From: Paraphysomonas bandaiensis
Taxonomy: Eukaryota > Protista > Chrysophyceae
Assembly: GCA_965644295.1 (NCBI GenBank)
Contig: CBFFRP010000577.1
Location: forward strand, 125,072 to 189,071
Length of the DNA: 64,000 nucleotides
Direction: 5' to 3'
Below the pieces are notes generated by a model that saw nothing but the letters and a program-made list of their open reading frames with translations, searched no databases and was not told the origin of the DNA. Of this stretch, positions 12,878-24,000 are shown piece by piece. The position numbers and the translations under genes were made by a program. The stretch's first letter is position 1; every line of letters starts with the position of its first letter.

Positions 12878-13216
12878 ATATATCGATAAAAAGTACTTAC
12901 TGTTACAATAAAGGATTTTTTTGCGGGTAAAAACAACATACTATCGCTCATAACTAATAAATCAACATAACCGAAATATATATATCATAGTATACCTTCT
13001 TCGGTGGCACTCTCGAAATACGGAACACGAGCTACAATACAGTAACGTAGCAGTGGATAATCTACATAATAAATAGGACCTCGCAGAAAGATACCTCATA
13101 TCTGCGTGTCAGAGAATAAAATCAAATATATTTTGAGACTACTGTATGAGGACTAATGAGAACTACATTTCTCTATTTTCAGGATATTTTAAGAATCCCA
13201 CAGTATGGCTGACTTG

Positions 13217-14880
13217 TTATTTCACCTCTGTGGATATTTTACTATCTTCATCGTCATTATCTGAGTAATCGCTATATTCCTCCTGTGGGGTGTCAAACCC
13301 AGATGCATCAGACTGTAAAGATGACTGAGATATATTTGGAGCAATAAACTGGGGCGAAGGAGTCATTGTACTGAAAGCGGGGTTATCAATCCCCACCCTT
13401 CGTAACCATGCTGCAACATAACCCCAACTAACTTCACGGGCTTTGTCTCCTACCTCAGGCACCTCGCCCTGGGTCTCATCTTCTGTGTACCATATACGAA
13501 GTAGAGCTGCAGACACTAACTCTATAACCATCCTACAAGGCATACGAGAAATGGTTTGAGCATTGATTCTCCTCCGGTCTTCTGTTCTACCTTGCCAGTT
13601 GAACTGTCCCTGCTGCGGTCGTAATTCTTTGTCAAGAAGGTAGTTCACTTCCGTCAACAGTCGACCATCTATATCCACGGACCGTGGAGGGTCTAGTACA
13701 CAGGACGGTTGTATATGCTGACTCCACCGAGCAATCATGGACTTATTTACCTGTGAAACTAGTAAAATACACCGTATACACTCAACTAAAATACCCTCTC
13801 GAATTTCTCCATTCCCCGGACCAGCTTCACTGCTGCTGCTAAATTGCGATTTAACCGCTGCCACTGCATTACTACAAATTCCTAGTTTCGGAGTTATTCT
13901 GTTTATCACGAGTATTTATGATATACCTTTTCCTGTGTGGTATAGTGTGTTCTCTGTTTCCGTTGACCGGTACTTTCGTCACGGAGAGCCGGCGGTTCGC
14001 ATAGTATATCGGATCGCCGCAATTCAACTCCAGTACCGATATTAGACTGAAAACGGTTCACAACGATGGCATGTACTTTATCGAAATCTGCACTGCCTTG
14101 AGGAATGGTCATCAGCTTCTCTAAAATAAAATTCTTGTGTGGGATACGAAGTGACCTCCACGAACTAATATGTGTCTGAAGAATTCCACTGTCTTTCAGA
14201 ATTGAAATAATATCATCCATAATAATAGGCGTTTCTTCACTCGGAAGCAACATAAGCGAAGAGATAATGTGGCCCATATATGTCGCAGATTTGAGGCACG
14301 AGAGTATAGCTTCCTCTGACGAGATGGCAGACGTCGATTCCATGTCATAAAAAACGCCACGTTTCATGTCAGAGCCTACTCACTAGTCACAATACCGCAG
14401 GAATGGAAGAATACAAGCGCCAGAAATCCCTGTGGGGTCATTGGTTCACAGAAATATGGTTAAACTTAACAGGCGCTTACCTCAACACATTCCATCTCAA
14501 ACACAGTGAATATTGTGTGAAGATACAGCCATGCTCACCTCTTGTCCATGCCCAAGATGATAGAGCGGCTATGGAAGTGTCGCCTTCCCTGTGCCTGAGA
14601 TCTCCATGCCAGATCCATATGGAATATATATATATATCTGTTGCGCTGACAACACTGGAGCGCAGATTCTCATGTGCTGAAAATTATAGAAACTGGGCAA
14701 TGTTACAGAAAACAGAAAAAAACACCTCAAAAACTTAGAAATCAGGGGTTTTCCTATCGACCAACCGTCCATACCAATGCATGCGCCTGTAACCATATCG
14801 ATATCAATATTTGGGATTTTTAGGGGTTGCAACCCCGCAAAACCCTGAATAATAGGATATCGTTTCACTGACGAACACAC
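13217..14880 (-). CDS. Hypothetical multi-exon protein; start uncertain
   Basis: Consecutive minus-strand ORFs (103, 153 and 230 aa) separated by intron-like gaps, with an acidic C-terminal tail. No family recognised. Confidence 0.55.
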
Positions 14881-15052
14881 ATCTCACTAGTACCAACAAT
14901 GCCCCGTATCTTCAATACTGTCGGGGGGTTCGCTGTCTCGGAGCGAGGTATCACTCCCCCATATTACGTCCAACATATAGTATATTTGCCATTATCTATT
15001 ACGCCATTTAAACCAGCCTCTATCACTAGCTGTAATCATCGAGTCTCCCCGT

Positions 15053-18000
15053 ATGAGTTGTTTCAAAGTGATTCACCGAATCTCTTTATTTCTATTGTTA
15101 TATTGTGCTCGCATACACGCTGCGTCTATTTCAGTTCTCTCGAACAGCTATGCTGCAAGTGGGACGTATGATGAAATTAAAGCCCAACTTGATGAGAACC
15201 AAAATACTGATAGTGAGGCTGTAGGTGAAGGAGTCTGGAGCTGCAGCTGCAGTCAATCATTCTTCCCCACATCTGTGCCTTCTTCACTACCGTCGTCGAT
15301 TCCAACTTCTCTGCCGTCCTCAGTTCCCACCTCTGTACCTACCTCTATCCCCACATCTGTTCCTTCTTCATTGCCGTCGTCGATTCCAACTTCTCCACCT
15401 TCTTCAGTTCCTACCTCCGTACCTACCTCTATACCAACTTCTGTTCCATCGTCAGTTCCAACTTCTTTACCTACTTGCATGCCGACTTCGTTTCCTACAT
15501 CTCTTCCCAGCTCGATTCCGACATCACTACCAACTTCGATTCCTACATCTATTCCAACAGTTTCTCCAACTTCTGTCCCAACTACAGTTCCAACGTCTGT
15601 TCCGACATCTATTCCAACTTCTCTGCCTACTTCGACGCCTTCTTCGACGCCAACCTCTTTGCCAACATCGTTTCCAACATCTCTTCCATCATCCATTCCA
15701 ACATCTCTACCTACTTCTTCTCCGACATCTATTCCGACTTCTGTTCCCTCATCCATTCCTACATCACTCCCATCCTCGTCACCCACGTCTATTCCGACCT
15801 CAGTTCCAACCTCTACTCCTACTTCTCTACCAACATCAGTGCCAACATCAGTTCCAAGTTCTGTCCCATCAGCGTTGCCTACGTCGATGCCATCTTCAGT
15901 CCCAACGTCTATACCCACATCATTGCCAACAGTAATTCCTACGTCTATTCCTACATCACTTCCGAGTTCCTTGCCTACCTCGGTACCGACATCCATACCG
16001 ACATCAATACCGTCATCTGTGCCAACATCTTTGCCCACTTCAATTCCGACATCGGTACCTACCTCTATTCCTACATCTGTTCCAACTTCAGACCCCACAT
16101 CGGTCCCAACATCAATTCCTACATCGGTACCCTCTTCCATTCCAACTTCTATACCCACTGCTTTACCGTCGTCTGTCCCGACGTCTATACCCACTTCTGT
16201 TCCAACGTCGCTACCCTCTTCAGTCCCAACATCTATACCGACCTCTCTTCCTACGTCTATCCCGACTTCTGTGCCTACTTCTATGCCTACGTCTGTACCT
16301 ACATCAGCTCCCTCTTCCATGCCGACATCAGTTCCAACCTCAGTACCTACATCAGTGCCTTCGTCGGTGCCCACATCAGTCCCTACTTCAACTCCTACAT
16401 CCATACCGACCTCATTACCTTCTTCATTACCAACTTCAGTACCCACCTCATTACCTACTTCACTCCCGACATCTGTGCCTACGTCTGTGCCTTCGTCAGT
16501 GCCCACCTCGACGCCTACTTCAATTCCTACGTCTATTCCAACATCGGTCCCTAGTTCAGTTCCGTCTTCATTACCTACCTCTTTTCCCACCTCAGTTCCA
16601 ACTTCCGTACCTTCGTCTGTGCCAACTTCGATCCCAACCTCAATGCCTTCGTCTGCGCCGACATCAGTTCCAACATCCGTACCAACCTCCGTTCCTACGT
16701 CTTTGCCTACATCTATTCCTACATCGGTACCTACTTCGGTTCCCACTTCAGTCCCTTCCTCGGTTCCAACTTCAGTCCCTACATCGGTTCCAACCTCTAT
16801 TCCAACCTCTGTTCCAACATCTCTTCCTACATCAGTCCCTACTTCCATTCCTACATCAGTTCCTACATCCGTTCCAACATCTGTTCCTTCTTCGGTACCC
16901 ACTTCATATCCAACGTCGGTACCAACAGCAGTCCCTACATCACAACCAACTTCCGTTCCCACATCGACCCCTACATCTGTACCAACGTCGACTCCGACAT
17001 CGGTGCCATCCTCTACCCCTACATCTGTACCGTCTTCTCTTCCAACATCCATCCCGACATCGATTCCTACATCTGTACCAAGCTGTGTACCTACATCTGT
17101 TCCTACATCAACTCCTACATCCACTCCTACATCTTCACCATCCTCTGTACCTACCTCAGTTCCTACTTCTATACCAACGTCAATCCCTACATCTGTTCCT
17201 TCTTCGGACCCTACATCAGTTCCAACGTCTGTCCCGACATCCGTACCGACTTCAGCTCCAACATCTGTTCCTACTTCTATACCAACATCGCTTCCTACTT
17301 CTGTACCAACATCGATGCCAACTTCAGTTCCTACCTCAGTACCGACGTGTATCCCAACATCAGTCCCGACATCGGTTCCAACGTCGGTACCAACATCAGT
17401 GCCTACGTCAGTTCCTACTTCTGTTCCTACATCGGTTCCAACCTCTCTTCCAACATCTGTTCCTACATCAGTTCCATCATCCGTACCTACTTCTATACCA
17501 ACATCGCTTCCTACATCTGTTCCTACATCCGTTCCAACTGCGGTACCAACTTCAATACCTACGTCAGTTCCTACCTCAGTCCCGACATCGGTCCCTACTT
17601 CTGTGCCAACTTCGGTACCAACATCAGTGCCTACGTCAATTCCGACATTGATACCTACTTCAGTTCCAACTTCGATGCCGACGTCTGTACCATCGTCTGT
17701 TCCGACGTCAATTCCAACATCGCTTCCTACATCTGTTCCTACGTCAGTTCCTACTGCTGTCCCGACATCATCTCCAACTTCGGTCCCATCTTCAATACCT
17801 ACTGGTGTTCCGACCTCGGTACCAACAGCAATTCCAACCTCTGCTCCAACTACTGTACCTACATCGGTGCCTACCTCAGTCCCTACAGCGTCTCCAACAT
17901 CAGTGCCTACCTCAGTTCCTACCTCAGTTCCATCATCCCTACCTACTTCTATACCAACATCGCTTCCTACTTCTGTTCCTACATCCGTTCCAACTGCGGT

Positions 18001-21000
18001 ACCAACTTCAATACCTACTGGTGTTCCTACCTCAGTCCCGACATCGATTCCAACTTCGGTACCAACATCGGTACCAACATCAGTGCCTACTTCGGTCCCT
18101 ACATCGGTTCCAACCTCTCTTCCAACATCTGTTCCTACATCAGTTCCATCATCCCTACCTACTTCTATACCAACATCGCTTCCTACATCTGTTCCTACAT
18201 CCGTTCCAACTGCGGTACCAACTTCAATACCTACTGGTGTTCCTACCTCAGTCCCGACATCGATTCCAACTTCGGTACCAACATCGGTACCAACATCAGT
18301 GCCTACTTCAGTCCCTACATCGATTCCAACCTCTCTTCCAACATCTGTTCCTACATCAGTTCCATCATCCGTACCTACTTCTATACCAACATCGCTTCCT
18401 ACATCTGTTCCTACATCCGTTCCAACTTCGGTACCAACAGCAGTACCTTCGTCAGTGCCTACTTCAGTCCCGACATCGATTCCAACGTCTCTTCCAACAT
18501 CGGTACCAACATCAGTGCCTACGTCAGTCCCTACATCGGATCCAACCTCTCTTCCAACATCAATTCCAACTTCAGTTCCATCATCCGTACCTACTTCTAT
18601 ACCAACATCGCTTCCTACATCTGTTCCTACCTCAGTTCCTACATCCGTACCAACGTCAGTCCCTTCGTCAGTGCCTACCTCAGTCCCGACATCGATTCCA
18701 ACTTCGGCACCAACATCAGTGCCTACGTCAGTCCCTACCTCAGTCCCGACATCGGTTCCAACCTCTCTTCCAACATCAATTCCAACTTCAGTTCCATCAT
18801 CCCTACCTACTTCTATACCAACATCGCTTCCTACATCTGTTCCTACATCCGTTCCAACTTCGGTCCCAACTTCAATACCTACGTCAGTTCCTACCTCAGT
18901 CCCGACATCGGTTCCAACCTCTGCACCAACATCGGTACCAACATCAGTGCCTACTTCGGTGCCTACATCGGTTCCAACCTCTCTTCCAACATCAATTCCA
19001 ACTTCAGTTCCATCATCCGTACCTACTTCTATACCAACATCGCTTCCTACATCAGTTCCTACCTCAGTTCCTACATCCGTACCAACGTCAGTCCCTTCGT
19101 CAGTGCCTACCTCAGTCCCGACATCGATTCCAACATCTGTACCAACATCAGTGCCTACGTCAGTCCCTACCTCAGTCCCGACATCGGTTCCAACCTCTCT
19201 TCCAACATCTGTTCCTACGTCAGTTCCATCATCCGTACCTACTTCTATACCAACATCGCTTCCTACATCTGTTCCTACATCCGTTCCAACTTCGGTCCCA
19301 ACTTCAATACCTACGTCAGTTCCTACCTCAGTCCCGACATCGGTTCCAACGTCTCTTCCAACATCGGTACCAACATCAGTGCCTACGTCAGTCCCTACAT
19401 CGGTTCCAACCTCACTTCCAACATCTGTTCCTACATCGGTTCCAACGTCGGTACCAACATCAGTGCCTACGTCAGTTCCTACTTCTGTTCCTACATCGGT
19501 TCCAACCTCTCTTCCAACATCTGTTCCTACATCAGTTCCATCATCCGTACCTACTTCTATACCAACATCGCTTCCTACATCTGTTCCTACATCCGTTCCA
19601 ACTGCGGTTCCAACTTCAATACCTACGTCAGTTCCTACCTCAGTCCCGACATCGGTCCCTACTTCTGTGCCAACTTCGGTACCAACATCAGTGCCTACGT
19701 CAATTCCGACATCGATACCTACTTCAGTTCCAACTTCGATGCCGACGTCTGTACCATCGTCTGTTCCGACGTCAATTCCAACATCGCTTCCTACATCTGT
19801 TCCTACATCCGTTCCAACAGCGGTTCCAACTTCAATTCCTACTGGTGTTCCTACCTCAGTCCCGACATCGGTTCCAACTTCGGTACCAACATCTGTACCA
19901 ACATCAGTGCCTACTTCAGTCCCTACATCGATTCCAACCTCACTTCCAACATCAATTCCAACTTCAGTTCCATCATCCCTACCTACTTCTATACCAACAT
20001 CGCTTCCTACATCTGTTCCTACATCCGTTCCAACTGCGGTTCCAACTTCAATACCTACTGGTGTTCCTACCTCAGTCCCGACATCGGTTCCAACTTCGGT
20101 ACCAACATCGGTACCAACATCAGTGCCTACTTCAGTCCCTACATCGGTTCCAACCTCACTTCCAACATCAATTCCAACTTCAGTTCCATCATCCCTACCT
20201 ACTTCTATACCAACATCGCTTCCTACATCTGTTCCTACATCCGTTCCAACTGCGGTTCCAACTTCAATACCTACTGGTGTTCCTACCTCAGTCCCGACAT
20301 CGGTTCCAACCTCTGCACCAACATCGGTACCAACATCAGTGCCTACTTCGGTGCCTACATCGGTTCCAACCTCACTTCCAACATCAATTCCAACTTCAGT
20401 TCCATCATCCCTACCTACTTCTATACCAACATCGCTTCCTACATCTGTTCCTACATCCGTTCCAACTGCGGTTCCAACTTCAATACCTACTGGTGTTCCT
20501 ACCTCAGTCCCGACATCGGTTCCAACCTCTGCACCAACATCGGTACCAACATCAGTGCCTACTTCGGTGCCTACATCGGTTCCAACCTCTCTTCCAACAT
20601 CAATTCCAACTTCAGTTCCGTCATCCCTACCTACTTCTATACCAACATCGCTTCCTACATCTGTTCCTACATCCGTTCCAACTGCGGTACCAACTTCAAT
20701 ACCTACTGGTGTTCCGACCTCAGTCCCGACATCGATTCCAACTTCGGTACCAACATCAGTGCCTACGTCAGTGCCTACTTCAGCCCCTACATCGGTTCCA
20801 ACCTCACTTCCAACATCTGTTCCTACATCCGTTCCAACTGCGGTACCAACTTCAATACCTACTGGTGTTCCGACCTCAGTCCCGACATCGATTCCAACTT
20901 CGGTACCAACATCGGTACCAACATCATTGCCTACTTCAGTCCCTACATCGGTTCCAACCTCTCTTCCAACATCTGTTCCTACATCCGTTCCAACTTCGGT

Positions 21001-24000
21001 TCCAACTTCAATACCTACTGGTGTTCCTACCTCAGTCCCGACATCGATTCCAACTGCGGTACCAACTTCAATACCTACTGGTGTTCCTACGTCAGTCCCT
21101 ACTTCGGTTCCAACCTCTCTTCCAACATCTGTTCCTACATCTGTTCCATCATCCGTACCTACTTCTATACCAACATCGCTTCCTACTTCTGTACCAACAT
21201 CGATGCCAACTGCAGTTCCAACTTCAATACCTACTGGTGTTCCTACGTCAGTCCCTACTTCTGTTCCAACCTCTCTTCCAACATCTGTTCCTACATCTGT
21301 TCCATCATCCGTACCTACTTCTATACCAACATCGCTTCCTACTTCTGTACCAACATCGATGCCAACTGCGGTTCCAACTTCAATACCTACTGGCGTTCCT
21401 ACCTCAGTCCCGACATCGGTTCCAACTTCGGTACCAACATCTGTACCAACATCAGTGCCTACCTCAGTCCCTACATCGGTTCCAACCTCACTTCCAACTT
21501 CAGTTCCTACATCCGTACCATCATCCGTACCTACTTCTATACCAACATCGCTTCCTACTTCTGTTCCTACATCCGTTCCAACTGCGGTACCAACTTCAAT
21601 ACCTACTGGTGTTCCTACCTCAGTCCCGACATCGATTCCAACTTCGGTACCAACATCAGTGCCTACGTCAGTGCCTACTTCAGCCCCTACATCGGTTCCA
21701 ACCTCACTTCCAACATCTGTTCCAACTTCAGTTCCATCATCCCTACCTACTTCTATACCAACATCGCTTCCTACATCTGTTCCTACATCCGTTCCAACTG
21801 CGGTACCAACTTCAATACCTACTGGTGTTCCTACCTCAGTCCCGACATCGATTCCAACATCTGTACCAACATCAGTGCCTACGTCAGTGCCAACTTCAGC
21901 CCCTACATCGGTTCCAACCTCACTTCCTACTTCTGTTCCTACTTCAGTGCCTTCATCGATTCCAACTTCGGTTCCTACATCGATTCCTACATCTGTTCCA
22001 ACATCCGTTCCAACTGCGGTTCCAACTTCAATACCTACTGGTGTTCCTACCTCAGTCCCGACATCGGTTCCAACGTCGGTTCCAACATCGGTACCAACAT
22101 CAGTGCCTACTTCAGTCCCTACATCGGTTCCAACCTCTCTTCCAACATCTGTTCCAACTTCAGTTCCATCATCCCTACCTACTTCTATACCAACATCGCT
22201 TCCTACTTCTGTTCCTACATCCGTTCCAACTGCGGTACCAACTTCAATACCTACTGGTGTTCCTACCTCAGTCCCGACATCGATTCCAACATCTGTACCA
22301 ACATCAGTGCCTACGTCAGTGCCTACTTCAGCCCCTACATCGGTTCCAACCTCACTTCCTACTTCTGTTCCTACTTCAGTGCCTTCATCGATTCCAACTT
22401 CGGTTCCTACATCGATTCCTACATCTGTTCCAACGTCAGTCCCAACGTCCGTTCCATCTTCAATACCTACGTCAGTTCCAACATCTGTTCCAACATCAAT
22501 TCCAACATCGATGCCTACATCGGTGCCATCATCAGTACCTACATCGACACCAACTTCGTTGCCTACATCAGTTCCAACAGCGATACCTACATCGATTCCT
22601 ACATCAGTACCTACGTCCGTTCCAACGTCGATTCCTACATCAATACCTACATCTGTACCGACTGCTATCCCGACTTCAATTCCTAGCGCTTTACCAACTT
22701 CGGTTCCAACTTCAATACCTACATCGGTTCCAACCTCTATTCCAACTGCTGTTCCTACATCTCTACCTACCTCTGTTCCAACATCTCTTCCTACTTCAGT
22801 GCCAACGTCAACTCCTACATCGGTTCCAACATCAGTACCTACATCGACACCAACTTCGTTGCCTACGTCAATACCAACCTCTCTTCCAACAACGATTCCA
22901 ACATCGGTTCCATCATCGGTTCCAACTTCAGTTCCAACATCCGTTCCAACATCCGTTCCAACATCAGTCCCAACATCGGTCCCTACATCAGTTCCAACAT
23001 CTGTTCCAACATCAGTGCCTACAGCTGCCCCTACTTCAGTCCCTTCGTCAGTTCCATCGTCTATTCCAACATCACTTCCTACCTCTGTTCCAACATCTGT
23101 TCCTACTTCAGTTCCAACATCGATGCCGACATCAATCCCAACATCAGTACCTACATCGACTCCAACTTCATTGCCTACATCAGTTCCAACTTCGACACCA
23201 ACATCCATCCCATCGTCTGTTCCAACGTCTGTGCCATCATCACTTCCAACTTCTCTACCTACTTCAGTTCCAACATCTGTTCCAACATCAGTACCTACCT
23301 CAGTTCCTACATCGGTTCCTACATCCGTTCCCTCATCTATTCCGACCTCTGTCCCGACCTCTGTACCGACATCTGTACCGACTTCAGTACCAACATCAGT
23401 CCCTACGTCAGTACCAACCTCTGTTCCAACATCGGTGCCTACCTCTGTTCCTACTTCAGTTCCAACATCAGCTCCTTCTGCAGTTCCAACGTCGATACCT
23501 ACATCGGTTCCTACATCCGTTCCGTCATCATCTCCTACTTCAGTACCTACATCAGTTCCTACTTCAGTCCCTACATCGATTCCAACGTCTCTTCCATCAT
23601 CTGTTCCGACATCAGTTCCATCATCCGTACCTACTTCAGTCCCAACATCGGTCCCTACTTCGGTTCCAACCTCGATTCCAACATCAGTGCCAACATCGGT
23701 TCCTACATCGATACCGACCTCTATTCCGTCCTCCATTCCTACTTCGTGTCCGACGTCAATTCCTACATCTCTCCCGACATCCGTCCCGACATCAGTTCCT
23801 AGTTCTGCACCAACCTCAGTACCTACCGCTCTCCCTTCTTCAGTCCCTACATCTGTTCCTAGTTCTTCACCGTCTTCGGTCCCCACAGCTGTCCCTACTT
23901 CCGTCCCAACATCGGTACCAACCTCTCTTCCTACCTCTGTTCCTACTTCAGTTCCAACATCAGTACCTACTTCAGTTCCGACATCGGTACCTACATCGGT